Source: Eledone cirrhosa (taxonomy: Eukaryota). Taken from it: a stretch of 64,000 nucleotides of DNA. The stretch spans positions 133,424,001-133,488,000 of the forward strand of contig OZ024740.1 in assembly GCA_964016885.1 (NCBI GenBank), given 5' to 3'. The notes beneath the pieces were generated by a model. That model was not told the origin of the DNA and did no database searches. It was given only the letters and a program-made list of their open reading frames with translations. The position numbers and the translations under genes were made by a program. Below, piece after piece: positions 11,501 to 25,869 of this stretch. Numbering within the stretch: position 1 is the stretch's first letter; each line of letters begins with the position of its first letter.

Positions 11501-11834
11501 CGTTTGCGCTGATGTTATGTTTCCCGTCGAGTGACTATTCTTCTTATTTCTACTTTGTTATTTTATCCGATTGCTTCTTTTATTTTTCTTGCTATTATTC
11601 TTGTTGCGAGCATTATTTATTTTACTTTTCCTATTTTTGTAATTGCGATTTTGTTTCTTGTGACCATTGCGATATTTACTCAAATCAAAATTTGTAGTAT
11701 TGTTGATATAATTAAATAGCGAAATCTTTAAGATGTCCAGTACTTCCAGTTTGATAGTATTTCACTCTTTACCGTTCGTTACTAACCTCGGAGATACCAA
11801 TAAAAATATTATCAATGTACCTATAAAAATTCTA

Positions 11835-12105
11835 AAGTCTTTTCCGAAACCAGAGGCTCATAAGGCCGTTGCTCATCCTGGTTTCTGTGGCGTGAACAAC
11901 TCAGATTACAAGATTTCCCCTGGACAGTATAGCAGACCACCGTAGGATTGAACCCTCAGCTCTTGCTGATACTCATTTTATGCTACGTATACTGGAGCAA
12001 CGTGAAATGATGTGCTTTGCTCAAAAACATAACACACAATCGAGTCAAGGAATTGAACTTATGGCATTACGATCTTATGTCCACTTACCATTAGGCCATA
12101 CGCAC
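11835..12105 (-). mobile_element. tRNA-derived SINE of a second family, degenerate
   Basis: Minus strand reads tggcctaatggtaag (A box), agttcaattcc (B box), then gtgttatgtttttgagcaaagcacatcatttcacgttgctccagt, a central domain typical of mollusc SINEs. Confidence 0.6.
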
Positions 12106-14516
12106 TGCCAGTGTACATGCATTTAAACGTTTTTATACACTTCAGATTTTATCATTACCTGAACAATATACTACATTTCTCGTTTCTACTTCTCTATTGG
12201 TAAGCTACTACTATCCAAAATTCGATATTTATGATATTGCAATGTTGTCCTATAATCTGAAATTTACATACACCCTTCTGTAATGTTTTCAGTAAAGGCG
12301 TAACAGAAGCATAACCAACAAGTACATCAACACGGTAAATGATAAAAGCCTGAAAGGATTTCTATGTAGAAGCAGTGGACATACAAAATAGTTGCTATAG
12401 CAACGGCCGAAGAAGAAACAAAATCAATATCAATATCAACAATAAGGAATATTTTCACTGGAGATATGACAAAAATACCCCAAAACAAGTCTCAATACTG
12501 AGATTAACAACAACTAACAGTTACATAAAAGGAGAATATTATCATTATATCAAAGACAAAAAAACTCACGAATCACGAGTGAAGATGCAGCAACGATATT
12601 AATAATTTCAGAAAATATTGAATACAAAACACTTCATTTATAGAAGTAAGATAGTGCAGAAGACTTCAGGAAATTCCTCATACTCAAGAGGAAATGTTTA
12701 AAACTAGATATATAGCCTTTTCATTTAAAGGGTATGAAAATTTGAGATACCTAGTTTTGTATTATAAAACTCAGTTTCCTAATTTTGTATATAAACTGTT
12801 GTGGCTGCAGAGGTGCATGTGTTTTCTGTTTTTCTGTGAAAGTCAACAGACACGTTCACACACCATTACATCAATTTCATTTTCCTCTTTCCAATCTCAT
12901 GTTGCGTCTGACTAAATAATTAAAACAATACGAATATCACACTTTACTAGTTCTCTCAACCGATAGAAGTGATATTAATAGAACATCACTAAGCTTGACT
13001 TCTAAGCCTAAATACTTGTGAAAATGCATGATATTACACTTCCTTCTGTCTAAATATTACAGGCTTTATGGTTATATACACTATTTTTGATTTGGTTTTT
13101 AAAGATTTATTTGTTTTTCTCATCAATGAATGTGTGATTATTTGGTATTATTGGTCATTTATCTAATTTCATTATTCATTATTCTAATATTTTCTCAACC
13201 GGTTCACTTAATTACACCTACCATACCGAGTATGATATATGATAAAAATTGTTGATGGCTAATTATTTTCTTTATTACATCCTACTATTGTTCATAGTAT
13301 TGTTATGATTTAAGAATCTAATTATTGAAACACTTCAGCATCTTCAAATATTTAAAGAAATGTAAAAATAAAAAACTTATGATTGAAAAATAATTTCAAA
13401 ATATATTATGCCTGTAAGTGGTTTATAAAACTTCTATTTTGCTCCGTCATAGTTTGTCGCTTCTACTTATCTAAACAAGAAGAAATTTGTTCATGCCTCT
13501 TATAGACCACTTATCGTTTATTTAAATGAAACTGAGAGTAATTGTTTTATTTCGCGCTGGTTTTAACTTTGTGTGGCTTCTAAAAGTTTCCAACGAATTA
13601 AAAACAATAGATTTCACAAATTTTTATTCTACTTGAAAAAATGGTGTTCATTGTTCTCTTAACGAAGAGAAACAGTTCCTTTAGAAAATGTTATAGGAAA
13701 ATTCTATGGAAGTAGACAATTTTACAAATTTCGCATAAATTAATTTTATTCATTCTTTCTCTTTTTATATTTTAACTTGGGGCTTATGGCAATTGATTCT
13801 ATTTTAAGCATAGTTTTATTTGTTTTTGTTTTGTCTTTTCTCCATTTTTAATTAAATTTACAATTGGAACGATGCAGAAATGCCTATTTTTTTTATCAAA
13901 TAATTGGTTTCGCTAATATTATATTGTTAATATGGTTTAGTAAAAGCAGGTAAAATTGAAAGATTTTTGAATAATTACTACAAGTGTTCATGGTTCATAT
14001 ACCAGCGGTAGCTGAGTGATGGTATATGTATCTAACTACTATTAATCAGATTATCTAACTGTAACAATCTAACCCCAGTAAATCGTGTTAGCACTTATTG
14101 GCGAATGTTTCATTGGCCTCCAGTACTGAGTAGAAGTTATATGAATTTCAATCTTAAAAGAAGATGCTTCACTTAATTCCATTACTTCCATACTAATCCA
14201 ACTTAATATGATAAAGTCAAAAAAACGTTTTGTTGTTTTCTAGCAACACAAAAAACACTGTTTGATTTTGCCCAGCGACCATATTAAGTACGATATTTAA
14301 AATTTGTCGATAATGTCGTTGTGAATTACAGAGCTACTTGTTTTATTTATGACCTCTTGATATTGTTCTTATTCTTCGTTTGAGTCCAAATAGTTTAGGG
14401 AGGAAATATTTATCTTCTTATCAATTATAACAGTCAAATACCAGAGTGCGGTCATTCGAGTATAACACTTTACGAAAAATGTTTGACCCAGAACCAAGAC
14501 TAGAAATCATTATTTT

Positions 14517-14732
14517 CCTGGCGGATTAGCAGAATTGTTAAGATCGTCAGGCAAAATACTTTGTAGCATTGAGTTATTGCCCTTTATGTTTTGTGTTCAA
14601 ATCACGCCGAAGTTCATTTGGCTTTGACCCTTCTGGGGTCGATAAAATAAAATACCAGTTAAGTACTGCGGTCGATATAATTCATTTACCTCGTCCCCAA
14701 AATATATTAGTATTGTGCATGAATTAGAAACC
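14517..14732 (+). mobile_element. Older degenerate copy of the main SINE family
   Basis: ggcggattagcagaattgtta...gttcaaatcacgccgaag...ggggtcgataaaataaaataccag. Confidence 0.7.
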
Positions 14733-14750
14733 ATTATTTTCCTGAATAAA

Positions 14751-14935
14751 GGGCGGGGGATTGGCAGTATCGGTAGAGGGTCGGACGCCATGATTTCCAG
14801 CATAGTTACATCCCTTTACGATCTGAGTTCAAATCCCGCCGAGGTTGACTTTGCCTTTCATCCTTACGGGGTCGATAAAATAAAGTACCAGTAATGCACT
14901 GGGTAATTGCTGGCCTTGTGCCTAAAGTAGAAACA
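14751..14935 (+). mobile_element. tRNA-derived SINE (main family) with 18-bp TSD
   Basis: A box tggcagtatcggt, B box gagttcaaatcc, central gcctttcatccttacggggtcgataaa; TSD attattttcctgaataaa at 14733-14750 and 14936-14953. Confidence 0.9.
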
Positions 14936-15067
14936 ATTATTTTCCTGAATAAACATATTTGACCTTTGCCATTACGGCATAAATATTAATGTATCTAAGA
15001 ACACAGTCGTGTCAAATTTGTATATGTCCTTCCTATTTTTAGATTTTGTGGAAGGTACATATAGAGG

Positions 15068-15765
15068 AAGGCGGCGAATTGTTAGCGTCGTTAGAACGTC
15101 AGATAAAATGTTTTATGTTATTCGTTCGGGCTCCTTGTTCTCAGAGTTCAAATCCCACCGTGGTCAAATCTGCCTTTCATCCATTCGAGGTCGATAAACA
15201 ATTACCAACCTAGTACTGGGGTGGATTTAACCTGTATATCTCTTTCTCATTTTTTCTCTCTCATTTTCTATCTTTCTCTGGAAGAAATCTGCTGTAATCG
15301 GGCATGGAGGGGAATGGGCTCCGCAAAGCTTAAAATTTCCAAAGAAACGCTGTATTAACATACGGTGCCCCTACGTTTCTATCAGGAGTTATGAGACCAC
15401 ACATACAATATACACATATAGAGGAATAATTTACGTTTACGAGAGTAATTGATAGTGCTTCATCGATGAATGGATAAAGAAGGATAGGTGAGTACATTCA
15501 TAAGGGAGAACTTGTAGTCAGTGTTGTTTATTTGTAACAATATTGTTATTTTTCTATATTAAGGATGGTGGATTGGCAGAATCGTTATAGTGTCGGACAA
15601 CATTATTTCCGGTATTTAAGTTGTGAGTTCAAATTCCGCTGAGATCAACTTTTCCTCCCATCCTTTCAACGTCGATAAAATATAGTTCCAGTCAACTACT
15701 GGGACAATATATTAGACTTTTCTTCTCTCCCCAAATTTCTGGCCTTGTATCTAATATAGAAATTG
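15068..15765 (+). mobile_element. Two degenerate SINE copies (about 15068-15225 and 15583-15765)
   Basis: Both retain gagttcaaat and gtcgataaa; the second also keeps the ggccttgt..tagaaa 3' end. Confidence 0.65.
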
Positions 15766-17629
15766 TTATTTTTTCTATATTGGCCACTTGGGTAAATAAA
15801 CCATCGGATAATGAAAGAAATCGAACGAAACAAATGCTCTCAAGCTATTCCATGTTAGAATTTTCGCTTAGGTTTCCACTATTGTAAACTTTTCCTTACA
15901 TTTCAAGCAGGGATTGGGGACGTTAAACTGGGTATCTGTAGAACACTAGTTCAAATCAATCTATCATAACTTTTTTAAAGAAAATTTAACGTTAGTTCAA
16001 TTTACAATTACCATATACAAGTAAGTGCATATTGGAATGTTTACATGTACGCGAAGCAATTCTGTACATTGTTTGGTCAAATATTACCTGTCTAGAATTA
16101 GGAGCCAAAGTTTCTTTATAACACACTCTGCTGTATTAATAAAACGAAGGATACACTTTTATGAAACAACATTTCTGAAGTAGAAAAGCCATTCTCTTAG
16201 GCGGAACATAAGTCTATCGGATCAGGGTTGCACTAGGGTTAAATAACAGCAAGAATAATTAGAAAAGTCGGTGTAATGGGATGTTACAGGATTCTAGAAT
16301 AAGTTAAAACTATATGGAATAAATTCAAATGTAATGTTTAAGTTGCGAATATTTATGTAATAAAAATAATAAAAACATAAGAATTGGTCTGTCTCGAAAT
16401 AATATAATATCTATATTCAATAATATATGAAATATTTCTATGACTGACTGCTAATTATTTTATTCTCCAGAAGTCGCGATTGTCCTTGAGAATGGCAAGT
16501 ATAATTACAATATTCCTCCATTTAAATTAAAACACTCTAATATTGTAATTGATTCGTTCAAAAAATCCTTACTAGTTAAAACTGATTTGCAGCGAATTAG
16601 AGTTCTTAAAATTAAGATTTCTACTTAAATTCACACACTACGTTTTATTCGTGCTAGATTCTTATTTAAAACAGTATTAAATGAAATACACTGGTGGTGG
16701 CGACAGTGGTGATGGTGGTGTTTGAAATTTTTGTGGTGTTGGTAATGATGTTGATGCTGGTTTTGGTGGGAATGATGTGGAAGTGTAGTGGCTGTGGTGG
16801 TGTTATTGAAAATATACTAATGCAAGTAGCCCAACTCTCGCAGGTTTCACGTAACTTGACTCCCCACGTATTGCGATTTAGTTTTCCAAACTGTTCTTGT
16901 ATATAATTATCATCGTCACTTCTGGCATATTGACTATGTGGAACACAGGAAACTAGTTCGGTTTTCTTCGGTGTTAAACTTTACACTTATTAGCAACGGA
17001 CACCTTAAGTTCGCTTTTCTTGTTAGGGTTATTTTGTTTTGTTTTTCTTCCTTTAATCTTTTCTCCAGCAGTTAGACCTTCATGTACATGTACATCTCCT
17101 TTCTCATCAAACGAAGATTTGAGAAGCGGGTGTTTGTTGCTATTATATGGGAGTCGGGAGTCTGGTAGAATGGAAAACGATGTAACTTCCTTTACATCTA
17201 AGATGACACCACACCAGAACTTACTGACTCTTCTTATGCCGCTGGATAATATACTGCTATTAAGCTACTTCATGTGAAAGAGCATAAATATGTGAGTGGG
17301 TCTTTCGCAGAAAACCACTATCTGTCACTCCGACTTATTCTGGCTTTTGAAAATCAGATAGCGAATGTAATATGTTTTCTGTTATCTATGTAAAATATGT
17401 TGTCTTGGATACCTGCCAGAACGTCACTTAATGGTCCTTTGAGGGTAAAGAAGAAACTGCTCTTCATTTAAAAACAACGAAGGTTGATTAGTGACTGTTT
17501 GTCCGCATCTAAATATATTCTCAGGACAAAGAGATTGAGTGATTACGAATTCAATGCTGGCACTGATCCGTTTCAGACTGTGCTCAGTCCATTTTCAAAA
17601 CTTCTATATTGATCGCATTTATCACTAAA

Positions 17630-17632
<3 letters not shown>

Positions 17633-17706
<74 letters not shown>

Positions 17707-17834
17707 ATCTCTCTCTCCCCCTCTCTCTCTCTCTCTCTCTCTCTTTCTTTCTCTCTATCTCTCCCCCCTCTCTATCTCTATCTCTCTCTCTCTATATATA
17801 TATCCCCCCCCACACACACTCTCTCTCACATACA

Positions 17835-17865
<31 letters not shown>

Positions 17866-17870
17866 CACAC
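17633..17870. repeat. (CT)n/(CA)n compound microsatellite
   Basis: Direct reading. Confidence 0.95.
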
Positions 17871-20800
17871 TCTCTGACATTTGCGATAGTGGTCCTTGCT
17901 GTTGCAATTAATGCTGCTGTGGCTATTGATGTTATTGCTGTCGCTTTCATTGATGTTGCTGTTGTTGATCCCACTCTGAGAATTCTCGCAAACTCTATTC
18001 ATGTTTATCCAAAAGGAGAAAGTTCAACAAATTGATATAACTGGGCAGCATGAGGCAAATTATAACTGCAGTCTTTTTCGTTAAATTCCCCATTCAACAA
18101 TAAGTATGTACGTGTGCGTGAGTGTTGTTGTTGTTGTTGTTGTTGCTTCTTCTGTTGCTGTCCTTGTTGTATTTGTTGTTTTTGTCAAAGGAAACATTAA
18201 TATCTGTAACATTCGTACTAAAAATACTGGAATTACTACTTTTTTTAAAAGTTGGAATTTTTGTTCGCTTTATGTCCCTATTTTTTTACGCGAGTGTATT
18301 TGTGCGTACGCGCGTGAAAGTGTGTGTGTGCGTGTGTATAAGAGGGGGGTGTATCTGTGTGTGTGTGGGTGGGTATGCGTGCGCGCACGTGTGTGTGTGT
18401 GTGTTTCGTGCGATAACTAAAGTATTTGCCAATTTTTGGGGCGTGTCTCGTTGGCATTTCTATGCTGAATGTCAGGTAGTAAAGTAATGTTGATTATGTT
18501 TTTTTTTGTTTTGTTCTTTTTTTTTTGTTTTGTTTTTTTTTCTTGTTTTGCATAAATATGTTAGAAGAAAGAAACACAAAAATACCTTCTCACGTTCTTT
18601 TGCAATAATTTTACCGAGTACGACAAATAAATAATAAGTCTGTTTTTTTTTTGAGAAAATCCAGACATCGTTGTAAACACACCATGCCAGACAACAGCAC
18701 TAACAATATCAATAACAATAATTTTACTTAACATATACATTCAGTTAAACACTTCGATGGGAGTGTTAAATCTATTACTTCAACCCCAATATCTGATTGA
18801 TATTTCATTTTATCGAACCCGGAAATATGAAAAGTAAAGTAAGTTCAATAGGAATTTGAACTCAGAACGTAAATTTCACAAACAGGCTGTTTGTTACATT
18901 CTATTCTATGTCAATGTTGTAGTAGCAGTTATGGTTGTTGATGTTATTGCTGTTGCTGTTGGTGGTGGTGCTGGTGGTGCTGGAAGAGATGGTGGTGGTG
19001 GTGGTGAATGTGGTGGTGAATGTGATGGTGGTGATAATGGTAATGATAACTCCAATTGATAGCTTTTTAATTTGCTACTATTTCTTTCAGAAAAAAAGCA
19101 CATTGTTTACAGATTGCTAATAACTAGCAGCGCGAGCAACGTCAACCTATTCTTTCCCGTTTTTTTTTTCGTTTTTTTCGACAAAACTATGTGTATGTGT
19201 GAATGTGTGTGCGCACACGTGGGGGTATATGTGGGTGAGGATGAGTGTGTGTATATTGTTTTCTCTGTTTAGTATTTAGTATTTTGGAGATTAAATTACG
19301 ACTATGTTATGAGTATATGATTGTTTCATTTTAAGTCCTTTTCTTTGTTTCGTCCTCCTAAACACATTTTCCTTTACTCACTTTTCATGATTCGTCGCGT
19401 GTTACCACAATTTCATTGAAGGCGCATATCACTTTTTAGCACTCATCTCTTAGATAACGACATGTTGAAAATTGTGAATACAAAGCATTAAAGTGATTTG
19501 CTATTCTTTGTTTATAAATATCAAAATAAACATTTAGCCTGTAAAAGTTGGTGTAATCAATTTCAGTGGGGCCGCTCCGAGAGATGACTGTCCACGCCAA
19601 GACTCTAATATAGGAACTTCTAGTAGAGACACAGGGAAATAAATTATACTTTCCACGCCGAAGGGATGAAAGGCAAACTTTTTCTAACCGCAAATCTGAC
19701 CCCAGAAGGTAAAGAGCGCAGATACCGACTGCATTGCATTTGGGGGTGGGGTGTCACATTAATGTTTCTGCCAATCCATTAGCAAGCATTTCTTGTATAT
19801 ATTTCATAATATCGTGCAGATATTGAAATTATAAATAGAAATCTTAGACATATAATGTATTGAATTTTAATTTTCAATGTTATCATTGACGTGTAGAGTT
19901 TTAAATACCTCCATTGAAATAGGGTTTTCACCCAGTCTAAATTGGTGAAGAATTTTTCCTTCTAGATTATTGTCCTAACAGTAGACTTACTGAGATCAGA
20001 ACATCCTTCACAATAATTCCATTAAACGTAAGGTCAGTTTTATTCAGATATTCTGTCTTTAGTGCCTACAGAAAATGAAGAACAATTGTTGCCAAATGGT
20101 GCAATGAGAAGTATGCATAAGAAAGGAAGTAGCACAGCGGATGCTAAATAAAAACGAACTACATCTATAATCTAAATCTACTAAAACGAGTTTACAAAAA
20201 GACAATTTCTAGTTAGAGAAAACAAAGAAATATTACTTCGAAACATTACTTGAAGGCATAGATAATAATGTCCAAAATCTTATATCTAAAAATGATATCA
20301 ATAATAACAATGAACATACACATGCGGGCGCGCACATTATATATATAAATATACGCACACATACATTTTGACACTACATATAGACACAAATGTCGTTCTT
20401 CAACGTAGAATGTTTCGCCATGGCAAAAATATAGACCGTTTAACATTATTCCCAGAAGAATATAACATTATTTGGGAAAGAGGATCCTGATTTACCTCTG
20501 TCTCACAAAGAGAGGGAAGCATTTTCTGTGCCTTCAAAGTTGTATTTAAAGAGATGTCATCTGATATCTTGACTGAAATGTTAAGTATGGAAATGCATTA
20601 CAAAGTCAACAATCAGAGTCATAGCGAATAGCAATTGATACCTGGTTCATATTTGCATAGTGACAAGATACTAATAAATGATGTGTTCGGTAGGAGAACA
20701 TATTGAATTACATGTACCCATGACCCTCAAGTAGCACTGAGTCTTTCTAGAACGTTGTCTCCTTGTATGTGCAGTGTCAAGAACAAAATGACCAGTTTTA

Positions 20801-21013
20801 CATATCTGGCACAAACGCCACTTTTTTCGACTCGAGGGCGGGTAACAAAACCAAGTAATCAGCATGTTCCTGGGTCTACTGTTCCTGTAGCTCCATCTGT
20901 CACGCCATCAGTTTTATATCCTTTCCCTTTTGTTCATTGCAGCCTAGACTTTGGTGATTCTAATGTCAATATCCTCTTCCAGCTGACAAAATACATAAAT
21001 TGACACTCTAGAG

Positions 21014-21344
21014 CAGTGTTTCTCAACCGATGTTCCCCGGAACCCTAGGATTCCGCAAGAAGCCGCTAGGGGTTCCGCGAGAACCAGTGATGAGTAAACT
21101 AATGTATTTTAAAAAGTAATTTTTGTTTAATTTTATATTCGTAATTTTACTATACATTTACGGCATATTGTCGGAAAATCCTTGTTTATTTTAAGAAAGG
21201 CTTCAACCTCTGATATTATTTAAAACTAGGTCAATATAAGAGATAGATATTAATAATGGTATATAGTAATTTTTATGCAGGGGTTCCCTGACACATGAAC
21301 ATATTTCAAGGGTTCCACAAGGGTAAAAAGTTTGAGAAGCGCTG
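21014..21344. mobile_element. hAT (Charlie-type) MITE
   Basis: TIRs CAGTGTTTCTCAA / TTGAGAAGCGCTG; perfect 8-bp TSD CTCTAGAG at 21006-21013 and 21345-21352 (NTCTAGAN is the Charlie-group target); subterminal gggttcc repeats. Confidence 0.92.
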
Positions 21345-22989
21345 CTCTAGAGGATACAATAAGGCGTCAGATCAAAGAACTTGAAAAGGTCTTTTGATTC
21401 TATCCACAAGGAAAGCTTATGTGAATTCTGATTGCTTATGACATAGCTGATGCCACAGTTTCTGCTATAAATGTACTCTACATAAACATGGAAACTCAAG
21501 CTGTTTTTACTGAGGGTAATAACGTTCTTTTTTAATCCTAGCAGGTGTCCTTCAAGGGGAAACATGGGCACCATATTTTTTTGAAAATCGTTCTGGACTA
21601 TGTCATTGGAGAATCCATTGTTAATGAACAAGATCTCGGCTGTATTTCACACAAAGCAACAATAAGCGAAACCCATCAACTGTTATATGTGATATGCAAT
21701 TTACTGACGATATGGCTCTTTTATCAAATACCATTGATAAAGCTCAAGACTGCTTGATAAATTAGAATTATATGCCATGAAAATTAATCTGTACATGAAT
21801 TTTACCAAGACAGAGACATATCACTAAACCAGCAAGATGGAGATCTTGCCACAACATAGAGATTTAGTGGGGGATCAAAGCGACGACAGTCTTACAGTGA
21901 CATTTGGCGTCGAAAACGATCATCTAACCGCTCTCTTCCGGAGAGGTTTCAGCCCAAATTCGATGTATAATTTCAAGAAATCCTCGGTGAGATTATGTTC
22001 CCGGGAAGTATTGCTACTTTGAGATAAGCTCTATACAAACACGAAAGGTCCCCTCAACCGCTGAGTGATGAGACCTTCCTACACTCACTCGTCTAGTGCC
22101 CGAAAACTGCTGAGCTGTGGAGATACCTCGAACAGTTGCGGTCGCGTGCGCGACAAATCCGGCTAGCGATTGAGTCTATCCTGAAAATAGCCACGCCATC
22201 TTCCTTTGTCAGGAGGGTATAGGGGTTTCCTCTGCCTAGCCTCCATGGCGAAAGTGGTTGTGAGTGGAACGTGCTTAAATGTAATGAAGACAGTCGCTTT
22301 CTTCTTCGGTGAAGCCCTGATAAGCTCTTTCGTTTTTTACATGAAGAAAACCAAAAGTACAGCTTAGTAGCCAGTATTTTTTTGAAAGGTAGATGAGCGC
22401 GACGAGCATGGTCTGAACTAACTGCACCTTTATGAGTATCCAACAGGAGATTACCCTAGTGATTGTTACTTTTGCTGAACTCTCTCTGCGTCTAATACTA
22501 ATCCTCCCATTGCGAACTTTTCTTAGTTTCATTTTCTGTTGCATGTTCGTCGTTTGTTAAATATTTTATATACGTAAAATCCTACATTGCATCGTGCTGT
22601 GTCACCGTGTGTTTACTGTTTTCTTGATGTAAGTCTTGTGTTGCTAATAAAGAAATGAAAAAAGAAGATATCATTATTATTACTCTTTGAAATTGCTTTG
22701 AATTCGGCTTTGTTCCCAAATCATGCTGGATGTCAACCTGATATAAGTTGCAAAATTTGATAATACATACATTTCACAATCAATTGTCATACAAATGATT
22801 CTGCAAGAGCACAAATAAAAGTAAATGTCTTTGAAAAATTATTAAATTGATAATGACCTTCTCGAGACACGAACAGAGCCAGTCAACACTATTTTATCTA
22901 TCACTTGCAGAGATGGCTTTCTAGGTATCCGTTCCAAACGTTTATCAGTTCTTTTTTTTATCATTTCAAGTGAAACAGCTATCGTGGTA

Positions 22990-23185
22990 TGGCAGTATCG
23001 GTAGGTCAGACACCATGCTTTAGAGCATAGAGTTGTGGACCTTTATGTTCTGAGTTCAAATTCCGCCGAAGTTAACTTTTCATCCTTACGGGGGTCGATA
23101 AAATAAAGCATCAGTAATTCACTGAGGTAGATTTAATCGATATTCCCCTCCTCCAACATTGCAGGCCTTGTGCCTATAGTAGAGA
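22990..23185 (+). mobile_element. SINE, main-family variant, ending in (ATT)n
   Basis: tggcagtatcggt...gagttcaaattccgccg...catccttacgggggtcgataaaataaag...ggccttgtgcctatagtagag followed by attattattatt. Confidence 0.8.
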
Positions 23186-23299
23186 TTATTATTATTATTA
23201 TTTTATTCACGTACGAATTGCCCATACATTTTTTATTCTTCCATCTATTCAATGTGTCACTCTGTCTGTTTTGTTTAAATTCTCTTTTCCTTTGTTTTA

Positions 23300-25130
23300 T
23301 CACTGTTCAATACCTTTATCTTTCTTACTTATGCCATCAATCTCTCGTTTGAATTTTCTACATACCATGCCAGATTTCTTCCGTCTTCTCACACATTTCA
23401 CAGCTAAAGAGACCTCTTCATCTATGTCAGTACTGGATGTATGAACTGTCTGTACAAGGTAATCAATATGTTCATAAGATGTCCCATAAAGTTTTAGGTC
23501 ATCCATGAACAGCAGATGAATTATCTTAGACTCACGTCCTAACCACTCGTAACACGCCTTTGACCTTCTCAACACCAATGGAATTTCAACCATACACAGT
23601 ACAAACAACAAAGGTGAAGGACTATCTCCCTGAAATATTTCTCACTTGATATTCACAACTCCCAATGTTTGTCTACAAGATGTCAGTTCAGTCTTCCAGC
23701 CATCCATACTGATCACCAGAAACTATCTGACGTTAGCTGCCATAGCAAACATACTATTCAGCTATGTGGCACTATATCGTAAGCCTTGCGGTATTTGATC
23801 CAGGCCATAGCAAGGTGTGTGTCCTTTTACAATCTTTAAGGCTCACCTTATCAACTAACATGTGATCCTTAGTTCGCCTGCTTTTTCTACATCCCTTCTG
23901 CTCGGCAGGTATTATTCCTCCAGGTATTAATACATTGCCTCAGCAATGATACCTGTCATAATTTTCCACCTAAGAGAGAGGACAGAGCTAGGTCTAAAGT
24001 TGTAAAATGCATTTCCTTTGCTGGGTCCTTCATTCACAAGATCATTCTCCCGATGGTTAGCCATTCTTGCAGCCTCTCTTCTCCATTCAAGATCTTATTC
24101 AGTTGCTCAACAATTATCCCAGTTTTTTTTCAACCAGAATCCTTGCACATCGTCTCTGCTGGGAGCTTTCTAATTCGGTATCCTTCTACGCTGGATAGTT
24201 ACCATATCAGTTGCTTTCTCCAGTTTTCCCTGTTGATTATCCCCAATGTCATTTTGGATGTTAGTCAACCACTCCACATTTCTATTGTGCTCTTTTCTTA
24301 TACTCCAGATACCACTCTAAAACTTCTTTCTTTCATCCACATCAAGAATTACATCATCATTCCTAACCACGCCATTTACCTCCTGATAGAATCTCTTCTG
24401 ATTTTGTTGGAAACGTACATTATGTTTATACTGCATGATCCGTTGTCCATACCTCTTAGTCTTTGCAGCTGTGGCAAGTACCTTTTGTTTCAGTTCTTCA
24501 ATTACCGTAGTAATCTTTCTCCTGATATTATACTTCCCTGTAAGTTGTTCAATCTTTCCACCTTTTTTAATTCACCTCTTTTTTCCCTTACCAGAATATT
24601 AATATCTTTTCTAAGCATTGTGATGTCCCCTTCAATTCTCCTTTTCCACCATGGTTCCTTGATCTGCTTTTGTGTAGTCTGTTTCAGACCTACCTCTTTA
24701 GCAACGTAGATACTTGCAGCACGATGCGATTGTTGGTTTCTCTGATGGTTCTAGTTGGCACCTCGTCAAGGATGTTGTTTATTTTGTTAGTTATTTCTTT
24801 TAGCAGACATTGGTTTGACTTTTTTTTACATGTTTCTGGATTATTGCCCCCTGATTTAGATATCCCCAATATATCAGCAATCATCTGTCTGCCTTTTTCT
24901 ATGTCGTCCAGTTCATCAGTGCTAATGTCACGTCCCACATCATCTCGAATATTCAGTTCCTTCTCTTCGTGCTCATTTTCCATACTCTCATCTCTATTTG
25001 AATCTCCAACATCCTGAGCTTCCATATCCTCCACACCCTCCTGGTGTATGTTTTTCTATATCATGTCAATCTCAATCTCAGATAGGCATCCATTTTTGTG
25101 TATTGCACTTGCCTGATTTTGAGCATGCCA
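23300..25130 (-). pseudogene. Old degenerate R4/Dong-like element (third family)
   Basis: Minus-strand remnants [36 protein letters not shown], with many disruptions. Confidence 0.8.
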
Positions 25131-25869
25131 ATATCTCGAAATAAAGATGATGTACAATCCCCTCCTCCCCCAAAAACAATGACAACACAAAATACATTTT
25201 GCCTCACACCAAAGCACACACCATCAAACACAGAGAAAACACCAACAGCAAATCCATACACATCTACAACACCATCCCCACCAATACAATAACTGACAAC
25301 AGAATCCCCGCTACAACCAGCTGCACCAGTAACCCTACCACTACCTGGAAACAAGTTCGCTTGCCCAACGACCTCATATCAATAGCAATAGATGTGACCA
25401 GGTCAGTTGAATTGTCTTTTCCTCAAATACGTTGTTTAAAGAGAATAAAATGTACAAAAACGTACCAATTAGTCCCTTACATACATCTCTCTCGTCCTAA
25501 CACTCCATCCGTCACAGCTAATTCCCTCACACTAGGTGTACCTCTCCAATGTTCACCCTCATTCTCCAGTCCACACTCTAACGTAATCGTTTTGGTGCCA
25601 CGACAAAAAGCGCACAGTCCACACTGTAAAATTGCCGTCTTTGTGCCACGATAAAAAGCGCCTGGTCCACACTGAAAAAGTGGTTGGTGTTAGGAAGGGC
25701 ACCCAGATGTAGAAAACAAGCTAGAAACAATTCTGTATGAGCAAGACACAGTAATCTGATTTGACTTGTCTCACAACGTGACAACTCGTCTAACGCATGT
25801 AGGCATGGAAAAATGGACGTCAAACAGTGATGTTGAAACCCTACAAATGTTTTTTTTTAAATGTTTTAC

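Noticed and set aside
14760-14840. tRNA genes
   Set aside because: The A/B boxes belong to SINE heads; there is no cloverleaf and the sequence continues into SINE body.
17609-19272. ORFs such as [17 protein letters not shown] and poly-L/V/E/K throughout the window
   Set aside because: Translations of microsatellites.
20500-22560. Possible decayed DNA transposase around the hAT MITE (DGATG, LLEGHGYM fragments on -)
   Set aside because: Motifs are too short and broken to assign.
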